This document shows, piece after piece, positions 1 to 8,805 of a DNA stretch of 42,377 nucleotides. The DNA is taken from NCBI GenBank assembly GCA_045047305.1, contig JASFYO010000058.1:1-42377 (forward strand). The letters are read 5' to 3'. Position numbers and translations under genes: made by a program. Origin of the DNA: Planctomycetota bacterium (GTDB taxonomy: Bacteria > Planctomycetota > UBA1135). Below the pieces are notes generated by a model. That model made no database searches. It was not told the DNA's origin and saw only the letters and a program-made list of their open reading frames with translations. Position 1 is the first letter of the stretch. Each line of letters opens with the position of its first letter.

Positions 1-33
1 GGTTTTTGTTTTTTTACCCCCACTTCGGCAGCT

Positions 34-1428
34 CTAGCCCAACCCGAGGCGTTGAATACGATTCCGCAACGCCCCTCTACTCAAGCCAAGCCGCCGAGCA
101 GCACGACTCACATTGCCCTCGGATGCCTCCAAGGCATGGCGTACCGCCTCCCTCTCGAGCTCCTGAAGAGAAAGATCTTCCCACGGCTTCATCTGACCTC
201 GGCCCAGAAGCCCTGCCCCCTGCTGCTGGGTTGGCAACGGGAGCTCCTCTGCCCGTATTTCTTCTCCATCCGCAAGGATGACCAAACGAGCCAGCACGTT
301 CTTCAGTTCACGGACATTACCCGGCCAAACATAGTCTTGAAGGGCTTTCAAAGCTCCTGGCGAAAGAGTCGGGGTCGCGCAATGAAACAAAGCCGAGGAC
401 TCCAGCAGAAAGGCCTCGGCCAAATCCGCGATATCAGCCTTACGCTCTCGCAAGGGAGGGATGGTCAAGGTTAGGCCAAAGAGTCGATAGTAAAGATCCT
501 GACGAAAGGTGCCCTCCTCAACCATTTCAGCCAAATCCCTATTGGTGGCAGCAATAATCGCTGCTCGAATCGGCGTTTCTAGATTGGATCCAACCCTACG
601 GACCGTTCTCCGGTCCAAGGTAGCCAACAGCTTTGCCTGTAACGGCAATGGGATCTCAGCAATCTCGTCCAAGAACAAGACTCCCCCTTCTGCCGCTTCC
701 ATCAAGCCGACTCGAGCTTCATGCGCCTGAGTGAACGCTCCCTTACTGTGCCCAAAAAGCTCACCCTCGATTAAAGCACCCGGCAAGGATCCACAGTCCA
801 CCTGCAAGAAAGGCTCCTTATGCCGAGGGCTGGCTTGGTGCAGCAATCGTGCTGAGACACTCTTACCAGACCCCGTCTCGCCAACCAGCAATACCGCAGG
901 AAGTTGTTCTGCTTCCAAGCGCAAAATGCTGCCTAGGCGTTCTATGCCATGTTGAAGCTTCTGGGCTTCCTCGCTTTGACCAATCCACTGGGTCTTCGAT
1001 TTAGCCCGCGATTGTCTCTGCAAGGCATAAAAGCCCTTTTGCTGGTCCTCGGCTCGTACCAAAGATTTCTCAACGGCAAGCAAAGTTTGCTGCATATCAT
1101 CTGGCTTGGCAATGTAATCGGTGGCTCCTAATCGAGTCGCCTCCACAGCACCCTCTAAAGTTGCTGCTCCAGTTAGGATGACTACCGGGACAACATCTTG
1201 ATTCTCAACGCGAATTTCTTGAAGGAGCTCAAATCCGTTGCCATCTGGGAGTTCCTTGTCCAGCAGTACCAAGTCGAAAACTTGCAACTCTAATTCTTTG
1301 CGCGCCGCAGTTAAGTCCCCGGCAACACAAACTTTGGCGCCCACGCTTTCAAGTTGCTTTTGCAAAATGCGGGCAAGCATTTCCTCGTCGTCCACCAGAA
1401 GGATGTTTGAGTTATGGATTCGACTCAT
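34..1428 (-). CDS. Sigma-54-dependent (NtrC/Fis-family) response regulator
   Basis: N-terminal receiver (LLVDDE...LLDKELPDG...ILTG...IAKP). AAA+ domain with Walker A GETGSGKS, ELFGHxKGAFTQA, Walker B LFLDEI, FRQDLYYRL and WPGNVRELKN. C-terminal Fis-type HTH (GNVSRAARRLGLSRGAL). Start overlaps the kinase stop (ATGA). Confidence 0.95.
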   Translation of the reverse strand: MSRIHNSNILLVDDEEMLARILQKQLESVGAKVCVAGDLTAARKELELQVFDLVLLDKELPDGNGFELLQEIRVENQDVVPVVILTGAATLEGAVEATRLGATDYIAKPDDMQQTLLAVEKSLVRAEDQQKGFYALQRQSRAKSKTQWIGQSEEAQKLQHGIERLGSILRLEAEQLPAVLLVGETGSGKSVSARLLHQASPRHKEPFLQVDCGSLPGALIEGELFGHSKGAFTQAHEARVGLMEAAEGGVLFLDEIAEIPLPLQAKLLATLDRRTVRRVGSNLETPIRAAIIAATNRDLAEMVEEGTFRQDLYYRLFGLTLTIPPLRERKADIADLAEAFLLESSALFHCATPTLSPGALKALQDYVWPGNVRELKNVLARLVILADGEEIRAEELPLPTQQQGAGLLGRGQMKPWEDLSLQELEREAVRHALEASEGNVSRAARRLGLSRGALRNRIQRLGLG

Positions 1429-3350
1429 CGCTCTATCTCGGTATTGCTTTGCCCAAGAACTCTCCCCATTTCAGCGACCATGCGTAAGTAATCAAAAGGT
1501 TTTTGCATAACGCCACAGAAGCCTTCCTCCAAATAATTTGCCATGACTGGATCTTCATGATATCCGCTCATCACTATGCCTTTGGCCTTCGAGTCGATCG
1601 CCAAAATCTTTTTCATCCCTTCAGCCCCTCCGGCCTCCCCTTGCAGGGTTAAATCCATAAGCACAAGATCGAAAGGATTGCCTGCATTCAGTCTTCGTTG
1701 GTACAAGTGAATGGCATCTTCGCCGCGCATACACGCCTCCACATCGAAACCAATTGCTTTCAAGGTACCGACTAAAGGTTTTTGCACCGAGTAATCGTCG
1801 TCCACGACCAAAATGGACTTCCCGTGAAACAATCGATCATCTAAAGTCCGGCTCTGGCCCAATGCCAGCTTCGATGTTTTCGGCAAAAGCACTCGAAAGC
1901 ATGTCCCCTCGCGGTTCGCGGGAAACTCCGCCCAAATATGCCCACGATGCCTGCGAATGATGGCATAAGCGGTGGCTAATCCAAGACCGGAACCCGACTC
2001 CTTCTTTGAGAAATAGGGGTCGAAAATATGTTTGCGGTCCTCTTCTGCGATTCCCGCTCCCTCATCCTGAATAGAGACCTCCAAATAATCACCTGGGTCC
2101 AAAGGCACCGTATCCGTAGCTGTTACCTTGCGACAATCAACTTTAACTTCAAGGCTGCCTCCTAAAGCCATTGCTTGCTTAGCATTGATGACGAGGTTTT
2201 GAATCACCTGGCCGATTTGTACCGCGTCCACTTCTGCGTGAGGAAGACCCTTACCAAAAAAGAAAACCGGAGAGACTTTTGATCCGCGCAATGCAAAAAC
2301 CACCTCCTCTTGAACCAGAGAACTCAAATCCGTTGGCGCAACCACCGGGTCGCCCCCTTTCGCGAACGAAAGCAGTTGATTGGCCAGACTCTTGCCACGC
2401 TTACACGCTTTGGTGATTTCCTGAAAGGTCTCTCGCAACTCTGGCCCTTCGGCCTGGGTCACCTCGGAAAAGGAAACCCAATTCATGACCGCCGACAATA
2501 GGTTATTGAAATCGTGCGCAACACCACCGGCAAGCAAACCAACCGATTCTAAGCGTGATGCTTGGGAAATATGCTTTTCTTCTTCACGGCGGTGAGTCAC
2601 ATCGCGAATCACCCAAACTAGCCCGGTAGCTTGGCCGGACTCCTTGATGGCAGAAACCCCTACCGACAAAGCCTGAGAAATGCCCTCTCTCTGTCTCAAT
2701 AAATCGATTCCTGATGCTGCGCGCATAGGATGCGAGAATGCATCGCTTCTTAAGTCCTCGATTTGATGAATATTTTCTGGGGCCAAGCCCAAGAATTCGG
2801 TAATCGAAAGCCCCATAGCGCCATCAGGCTGGCGCCCCACCAGCGCCAAGGCCGTCGCATTCCATAATTGCACTCCTTCTGTAACCCCGGTAACAATGAG
2901 GCCATCCGAAACAGATTCAAGGATTGCGGCCAAACGCTCACCAGCAACCCCCAAAGCATCTGCGGATTCCCGCATGGCATCAAGTTCCCTTTCCCTCCGA
3001 CCAGCTGCACTTAAAAACCCCAACGTCATCATGAGCAAGCCTGCAGTGGTGGCAATGTCCTGCATAGCATCGACATCTAAACGGAATCCAGCCTCTAAAG
3101 TGAACTCATCTAGAAAGTCAAAAAGCAAGCCTTCGCACAAGGCGGCCCAACCGAAACTTAACTTCCACTCTCCAAGTCGAAGCACGAGGAAAAAGCTGAT
3201 TAAGGCGGCAAGTAAATAGATGCCTTCAAACAAGACATCGCTTTTCGAGAAGCTTGCTTTTACTGGAAACACTGAAAACCAAACAGCTATGCTAGCCAGC
3301 CACAAAGCTGGTGCTAACAAAGCAAAACGATGCTCCAACTTTCGGTTCAT
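1425..3350 (-). CDS. Membrane-bound hybrid sensor histidine kinase (about 4 TM helices, PAS, HisKA, HATPase, receiver)
   Basis: H-box LAGGVAHDFNNLL, N-box NLVINAKQAM, G1 DEGAGI, F/G2 FDPYFSKKESGSGLGL, C-terminal receiver (VVDDD...LMDLTL...KPF). Start moved from 3446 to ATG 3350, which follows AGGAGG and overlaps the ABC gene stop (ATGA). Confidence 0.93.
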   Translation of the reverse strand: MNRKLEHRFALLAPALWLASIAVWFSVFPVKASFSKSDVLFEGIYLLAALISFFLVLRLGEWKLSFGWAALCEGLLFDFLDEFTLEAGFRLDVDAMQDIATTAGLLMMTLGFLSAAGRRERELDAMRESADALGVAGERLAAILESVSDGLIVTGVTEGVQLWNATALALVGRQPDGAMGLSITEFLGLAPENIHQIEDLRSDAFSHPMRAASGIDLLRQREGISQALSVGVSAIKESGQATGLVWVIRDVTHRREEEKHISQASRLESVGLLAGGVAHDFNNLLSAVMNWVSFSEVTQAEGPELRETFQEITKACKRGKSLANQLLSFAKGGDPVVAPTDLSSLVQEEVVFALRGSKVSPVFFFGKGLPHAEVDAVQIGQVIQNLVINAKQAMALGGSLEVKVDCRKVTATDTVPLDPGDYLEVSIQDEGAGIAEEDRKHIFDPYFSKKESGSGLGLATAYAIIRRHRGHIWAEFPANREGTCFRVLLPKTSKLALGQSRTLDDRLFHGKSILVVDDDYSVQKPLVGTLKAIGFDVEACMRGEDAIHLYQRRLNAGNPFDLVLMDLTLQGEAGGAEGMKKILAIDSKAKGIVMSGYHEDPVMANYLEEGFCGVMQKPFDYLRMVAEMGRVLGQSNTEIER

Positions 3351-5086
3351 GCGTCCTCCTGCTCTGCAGAGACAAGCTGCCATGCGCGCGGGGTGCCGTC
3401 GAAAACCACCTCCCCATTTCCCAGAACGATTACACGATCGAACCAACTCAAATTGACTTGCCGTGTCATTGCTATGACAAAAGTTCGCCAGCGCGATCGA
3501 GAAAGCAAATCCAAGACCCGCTTAACTTGGCTAAGCGTCAGCGAAGGAAAGGGTTCATCAAGCAAAACTAAGTCCTTGTCGTCTGAAACCAAGACCCTTG
3601 CCAGAGCCAATGCTTGCGATTGATGTGAGCTCAACTCATCCGATGCGAGCTTGGTGTCTTTGCCTTGCGAGAGATGCTCTACAAATCCGTTTAGACCACA
3701 TATTTCTAAAATCTCTTCCAGGGTTGGGCCATGAGGATCCTTCACCGGCAACAAATCGCATAAGGGCTGACGCAACCAAAAAGGTGAGGCGCTTTGAAAG
3801 GCAATCCGTTTGCTGAGAGCCGCATAAGATAATTTTTTGTAAGAAAATCCATCCCATCGTAGGCGCCCGGAAGATGGGGCAACCTGCGCGGCCAAAATTG
3901 AAAGCAGAGAACTCTTACCCGCCCCAGAATTCCCTAAAACCGCAACGCGCTGCCCAGCATGGATCTCCAAGCTAACCTTACTTAACCGTTCTTCGCGTCC
4001 CGTCTTTTTGGAATCCTTGAGACAAATATCCTTTAGTTGAATCCCTTTTTGCAATGGGAGAGCATCGTCCTCTGATTCGGAGCGAATCCCTTCTCGCAAT
4101 AATTTCTCGAGCCGATCGCCTAAGGCAAGCATTTTTCCAATGCGCGTACCTTGCCTTGCGAGTCGTACTCCTGGGCGAGTGATTTTTAGGCCGTATAAAA
4201 TGACTAAAACCAAATCTCCCGGAAGCAAGGATTTAGTCTCTACTAAGTTCATTCCCAACCAAAAAATCAGAAGAATGGAGCTTCCTAAAACTAAATGAAC
4301 TAGAAGGGTGGTTTGGCCTTGGATGCGAACTACTGTCGCTTCGTGTTTGCCACTCGATTTATTCACTCGAGCGAAGACTGGATCTTCGTTGCTACCCCCC
4401 AGGGCTCCTTGGATTCGTGTTGCAAGCTTGCCCTCCTTTTTGCGCAGAATCCGATAACGATTGTAAAGTCTCCAGGTTCCCCACCATGTGAGCGAGGCAA
4501 TCCCAATTCCAATCAGCAAAAAGACTAGGCCTAACTGCCACGAGTAACTAAACAGAACAATTGAGATTCCAAAAAGCAATAAGCCATTGGTGGCAAAATG
4601 GGTAATAAAGCCCTTCAAACCCGCCTTCAATCGAGCAGTATCACCAACCAGTCTGGCGACCAAGTCACCCGTAGAAATATTTAATCGCCGCGGATCTACG
4701 CGGCTTGCTGCGCGAAAACTTTCCGCGCGGATATCACGCACCCAAGCGATTGCAAAGCGCGCCACCCACAGACGTTGCTGATACTCCGCAAGCCCCAACA
4801 ATACGCTTAAAGCAAAAAACACCATGCCAAGTTCGAAAGGACTCCAACTCGACGGAGTCCCCTCCCCTTTAATTAAATTATCCACCATTGCCTTAATCGG
4901 CAGCGGAAGAACTAAATGACAGGCCACCACCCCAAAAGAAGCCACCAGTCCGCGCCAGAAGGACTTCCTGTGAGGGCGAGCATAGGGCTTGAATGCCTTC
5001 CAAACACGTATCCACCTTCTCAGTGCCTCGGCTGGAGACAGTGCAGACTTTTTAGGAGCCGATTCGGAGGAGGTCAAAGGAGTCAT
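3347..5086 (-). CDS. ABC exporter-type half transporter (TMD + NBD) with degenerate ATPase motifs
   Basis: Six hydrophobic segments, STGDLVARLVGD, Walker A GNSGAGKS, Walker B LVLLDEP. The signature reads LSSHQ and the H-switch region IAMTR has no His. Confidence 0.9.
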   Translation of the reverse strand: MTPLTSSESAPKKSALSPAEALRRWIRVWKAFKPYARPHRKSFWRGLVASFGVVACHLVLPLPIKAMVDNLIKGEGTPSSWSPFELGMVFFALSVLLGLAEYQQRLWVARFAIAWVRDIRAESFRAASRVDPRRLNISTGDLVARLVGDTARLKAGLKGFITHFATNGLLLFGISIVLFSYSWQLGLVFLLIGIGIASLTWWGTWRLYNRYRILRKKEGKLATRIQGALGGSNEDPVFARVNKSSGKHEATVVRIQGQTTLLVHLVLGSSILLIFWLGMNLVETKSLLPGDLVLVILYGLKITRPGVRLARQGTRIGKMLALGDRLEKLLREGIRSESEDDALPLQKGIQLKDICLKDSKKTGREERLSKVSLEIHAGQRVAVLGNSGAGKSSLLSILAAQVAPSSGRLRWDGFSYKKLSYAALSKRIAFQSASPFWLRQPLCDLLPVKDPHGPTLEEILEICGLNGFVEHLSQGKDTKLASDELSSHQSQALALARVLVSDDKDLVLLDEPFPSLTLSQVKRVLDLLSRSRWRTFVIAMTRQVNLSWFDRVIVLGNGEVVFDGTPRAWQLVSAEQEDA

Positions 5087-5102
5087 CGGAGAGTGACAGG
5101 CA

Positions 5103-6512
5103 TCAGCGCCTTGAGGGTAACCTCCATGGCCCCAAACTGCCCTCTCTAATCTCTGCGGCCATGTTCACCAAAGCGACGATTTCTACCTCCCAGTGCTTAG
5201 GAAGTTGGCGTAAGGAACGAATCTTGGCGCGCAATAACAAGGCACCAATTAAGTGCCAGGCAAAGCGATGGGGCTGGAGGAAGTCGTCATTCAAGGCCTC
5301 GCGATGGGCGCTTTCGATGCAAACCAAGGCACGTTGGGCGTGATCCAGCGGGAATTTCGTAGTTACTGCGCAGGAAAGAATATGCGCGCCAAGACGTCCC
5401 ATATCAAAACAAGGATCTCCCAGGCACAAATCTTCCCAGTCAACAATCCCAAGTTTTTCGCCATCGTCCAGCATTTGATCACCAAACAAATTCGCATGAA
5501 TGGCCCTTGGCGAATAGCGTTCCATTTCTGGAAGTCGTTGGCGCAGGCTTTCTAACAAAGATTCCACCGCGGCCTCGACGCCAGGAATAGCGAGGATTAA
5601 CTCTTGAGATCCCTTTTCGATCGCTCGAAACTCGTCTTTAACCGTCCACTCAGGCAAACCTTCGATTGCCTTCAATTTGTGGAGGGTCGCCAAGCCATCG
5701 CCGCATCGTTCCCATAAATTTGAATCGCGAAACGAATAGCTTTTTGTAACTTGATCGCCAGCAATCTCGTTCATGAAAATTACATGGACGTCAGGGTCAT
5801 AGGCAATCAGCTGAGGAACCTGGAAGGCAAACCGATAATCGCTTTGCAATTGACTGATGCGTTGCAAATCCTCCGCTGCAACTTTGTGGTCCTCCTTGGT
5901 GAATATTTTGAGGTACAAGCTTTCACCGTGGAAGGAATACCGAAACACAGCCCGTTTCCTGGGCACGAATCGAATCAGTTCTAGAGCATCTCGACAAGCG
6001 CTACTGTCCTTATGACAGGGAATCCCATGCTTCTTCAATAACTTCTGAAGTTTCCGGGGCCGAAGTAAATGCTTAACCTTTGACAGCCGAGGACTATTCG
6101 GAAGCAGTGTCATGACTGCATGAAACTCTGGAAGAAACAGCAATGGAGGCCCCTGAGTGAGAGGCGCAGAGCCTTCTTTTAAAGATTGGAACCTTGACTC
6201 CGCCTCCAACCGGCTTGAATAAATTTGAAGCGAAGCATATTCCCTTTGCGGCTTCAGCTTATTCGCGAACTCGCTTTCTGGAAATTCCAATTCAAGAACA
6301 AGGCGAGCATGACGCAAGGGCTTGTAGTGGGTTCGGCGTGTTTTAGCACCTATCGGAGAGGCAAAAACTCTCCCCGCTTTTTGCGGCATGTGTAGGGCTT
6401 CGTCATTCCAGGCCTTACGGATTTCTTGTAGAAGCAATCCTGAATCTCTTACCGCAAAAACGCAATCGCGGACAGGATCCGGGGTCGGGCGAGGTGATTT
6501 TAGATTCTTCAT
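5103..6512 (-). CDS. Aminoglycoside phosphotransferase (APH)/choline-kinase-like protein, catalytic Asp replaced by Asn
   Basis: LYLKIF (ATP Lys), VPQLIAYD, GLATLH, Brenner-like motif IHANLFGDQML, IVDWED...GDPCFDMG. Start placed at ATG 6512, overlapping the porin TAA (TAATG). Confidence 0.85.
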   Translation of the reverse strand: MKNLKSPRPTPDPVRDCVFAVRDSGLLLQEIRKAWNDEALHMPQKAGRVFASPIGAKTRRTHYKPLRHARLVLELEFPESEFANKLKPQREYASLQIYSSRLEAESRFQSLKEGSAPLTQGPPLLFLPEFHAVMTLLPNSPRLSKVKHLLRPRKLQKLLKKHGIPCHKDSSACRDALELIRFVPRKRAVFRYSFHGESLYLKIFTKEDHKVAAEDLQRISQLQSDYRFAFQVPQLIAYDPDVHVIFMNEIAGDQVTKSYSFRDSNLWERCGDGLATLHKLKAIEGLPEWTVKDEFRAIEKGSQELILAIPGVEAAVESLLESLRQRLPEMERYSPRAIHANLFGDQMLDDGEKLGIVDWEDLCLGDPCFDMGRLGAHILSCAVTTKFPLDHAQRALVCIESAHREALNDDFLQPHRFAWHLIGALLLRAKIRSLRQLPKHWEVEIVALVNMAAEIREGSLGPWRLPSRR

Positions 6513-7744
6513 TACCAAAGGAACTCAACTCGAACTGACACCCCTTGAACGTTGCCAAATGATTGCAACTCGGAATATTCATAATCAAATTGAACCTTTA
6601 GGTCTTCGTTGAGATACCAATTCACGCCAAAGCTCGCGTTTCGTAAAACGCCTCCAATCACTTGGCCGCTGTCTAGATCCAGTTTTGATAACCGCGTTGC
6701 GACCTCCCAAGCACCTGCCCCTTCTTTCTGAGGGTGGAAAGGGGAAGCCACCGATTGACCTGAAAAACGCCCATTCTTGCGACTATATATCCGATGCTCT
6801 CCGGTTAGGAAATAACTTCCTTGGATGTAAAATCCGGGGAAAGTGACCGACCCTCCTCCTGGAAGTTGAGCTTTGGTTTGCAGCCATTCTCCTTGCAGCG
6901 AAAAGGGTCCCAACACGGTGGCTGCTTCTAAACTCAACATGGAAATCGAATCAACGGCGAACAGGCCGGTATCCACAATTATTGGGGATTGGTGAAGCTG
7001 CATGCCATCGGAAACCTGCATGAAACCATTATCCGGCTGACGCCTCGACAGGCTAATTCCAAGGTGTAGCAAACGGTTTCCCGTGCCTTCAAACCAAGGG
7101 AGAAAGGTGAAACGACCAGTAACCCCGGTTTCGTCTCCGAAAACACTGTCCTGGGCATCCCCACTGGAACTTGTTTCGCGGAAGACTCCAGTGGCCCAAG
7201 TGGCTTGCTTATGCCAAAGAGTATCTCCAACGGCAAATCCGGCATTACGGCTTGGAGTCAGGGAAGATGCTGAAGAGCGCTCAAGAAATGTTTGAGTACT
7301 ACTACTATTCGATCGTTCGAGGCCAAAAGGTTCCTTGAAGTGACCGACTCGAAACTTACCGATGACCGGGATATCGCCAACCTCCACCCACATATCTCTC
7401 AGCCCTGACTTGTTCGAAGTAATGTCGAAGCTTGCCTTAAACTTAAGCCAATCATAGGTTTTACCGGAAAAGGCAAACCGAGTTCGGCGCAATTCTGCTC
7501 CATCCTGGAAAGTGCCCGCACTATTAATTACTTCTCCACCGGCGGCAAAGCTAGTCCAATCGAAGTCCATCTTTCCACCAAAACGTAAACGAAAACCCTC
7601 GGCGGGATTCTCAATCACGAAATCAGAAAGCGGTTCCCTTGCCATATCCGAAGGGAAAGACTGAGCTTGCTCCACGGCTTCTTGGGCAGTCAGCCCTGAC
7701 AGGCCGATTGCGCTCAAAATTAAAACTAGAAGAATGCGGGGCAT
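6512..7744 (-). CDS. OprO/OprP-family phosphate-selective outer-membrane porin
   Basis: Signal peptide MPRILLVLILSAIGLSGLTA. Family motifs ELRRTR, VGHFKEPFGLE, TFLERS, FYIQGSYFLTGEHR, GAWEVATR, GVNWYLN and a C-terminal aromatic residue. Start moved to ATG 7744. Confidence 0.93.
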   Translation of the reverse strand: MPRILLVLILSAIGLSGLTAQEAVEQAQSFPSDMAREPLSDFVIENPAEGFRLRFGGKMDFDWTSFAAGGEVINSAGTFQDGAELRRTRFAFSGKTYDWLKFKASFDITSNKSGLRDMWVEVGDIPVIGKFRVGHFKEPFGLERSNSSSTQTFLERSSASSLTPSRNAGFAVGDTLWHKQATWATGVFRETSSSGDAQDSVFGDETGVTGRFTFLPWFEGTGNRLLHLGISLSRRQPDNGFMQVSDGMQLHQSPIIVDTGLFAVDSISMLSLEAATVLGPFSLQGEWLQTKAQLPGGGSVTFPGFYIQGSYFLTGEHRIYSRKNGRFSGQSVASPFHPQKEGAGAWEVATRLSKLDLDSGQVIGGVLRNASFGVNWYLNEDLKVQFDYEYSELQSFGNVQGVSVRVEFLW

Positions 7745-7828
7745 TGGGGGGGACTGTGGCGAAATGGTAGGCGAGTTCGGGGGCCAGCTGGCATTACTAT
7801 ATCCCCCACTGGTTTGCTCCAAGCGCTA

Positions 7829-7858
7829 TTGACCGCCAGGATTTAGGAAGTCCATGAT
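7829..7858 (+). promoter_or_regulatory. Putative sigma-70 promoter of the lipoprotein gene
   Basis: TTGACC (7829-7834)-N18-CATGAT (7853-7858), upstream of ATG 7872. Confidence 0.35.
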
Positions 7859-7871
7859 AAGGTATAAGCCA

Positions 7872-8798
7872 ATGGGACGTGTACTGGCAACCCTCTTTGC
7901 TGCAACCATGCTTAGCTGTAGCGCTACCGTAACGGCTGATGCCTGGGGAGACCTCTCTTCGCGCCTAGCCCTGGCGCTGAAACAGGCCGGGGCGGAGCTG
8001 CAAACGAAGGTAAATCTTCCTTTTCAGCCAGGCTCTCCAGAACTTCTCAGCATTCATCTAACGGGGGAAACTGTCGCGCAAAGATTCGACCGCCAAGTTT
8101 TGGTGTGGCAAGGGCTGGATCGCTATTCCTTTGAAATGCAGCGCATTTTCAACAGCCGAGAAATAGAAGCCACCAAGGTCAAAGAAATTGCCCATGCCTT
8201 TCATGACTTGCATCGACAACTCCTTTTATCCGGGATTGCACCCGACTTAGGACTGAGTGTGGAAGCGCATAAAAGAATGGTGCAGAAGATCTTGCAGTCG
8301 CCGAACGTGGTCTCTTCCCTAGAATCCCTCCAGCCAGCAATAAACGTTCTTTGCACTCATTTAGCGAAAGCTTCCCTCTCCTTAACCATCGACCTCGACC
8401 ATTGGCAGGATACCTGTTTACGCCAAATTGACTCGAAATGGCGCACGTCCCTAGATGGTTATGCTGTTTTGCTTTCGCGAAAGCGTTCTTTGGAGCAAGA
8501 TATTGCTGCTCAGGCTGCTGGAGCGACGGGCCGAAAAGGTGATCCCGCAGGAGAGCTCTTAAAGGTAGAAACTTTACTGCGTAATAGCGAAGGGTGGAGA
8601 AACCTTTATTCCCAAGAACAAGAGATGATTGCCTTGGCTTTCCAGGCCGCGCGTACTCATGTGCAAAAAAATTCTCATGCGATTCTAGAATGGGGTATTG
8701 CCCACCGCGAGATCACCAAAGCTATTCGCTCTCATTCCGCCCATGCAAACACCCGCCTGCTCAATGCAAGTGCTAATGAGCTGGCCCCTAAAAGCTGA
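7872..8798 (+). CDS. Hypothetical alpha-helical putative lipoprotein
   Basis: Long ORF filling the gap, with an N-terminal MGRVLATLFAATMLS-C lipobox-like signal and a helical/coiled-coil-like body. The alternative start is 7854. Confidence 0.7.
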   Translation: MGRVLATLFAATMLSCSATVTADAWGDLSSRLALALKQAGAELQTKVNLPFQPGSPELLSIHLTGETVAQRFDRQVLVWQGLDRYSFEMQRIFNSREIEATKVKEIAHAFHDLHRQLLLSGIAPDLGLSVEAHKRMVQKILQSPNVVSSLESLQPAINVLCTHLAKASLSLTIDLDHWQDTCLRQIDSKWRTSLDGYAVLLSRKRSLEQDIAAQAAGATGRKGDPAGELLKVETLLRNSEGWRNLYSQEQEMIALAFQAARTHVQKNSHAILEWGIAHREITKAIRSHSAHANTRLLNASANELAPKS

Positions 8799-8805
8799 AA
8801 CGAGA

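Noticed and set aside
720..745. GAFTQA instead of GAFTGA in the sigma-54 activator
   Set aside because: The critical F and T are retained and variation at the fifth position is common, so this is not evidence of sigma-54 independence.
3351..3446. N-terminal extension of the histidine kinase in the ORF track
   Set aside because: It overlaps the ABC gene. ATG 3350 has an AGGAGG SD and an ATGA overlap.
7745..7871. Sigma-54 (-24/-12) promoter for the porin operon
   Set aside because: The TGGC...GC candidates have GG-to-GC spacing of 9 or 11 rather than 10. TGGCAC at 37521 also lacks the TTGC half.
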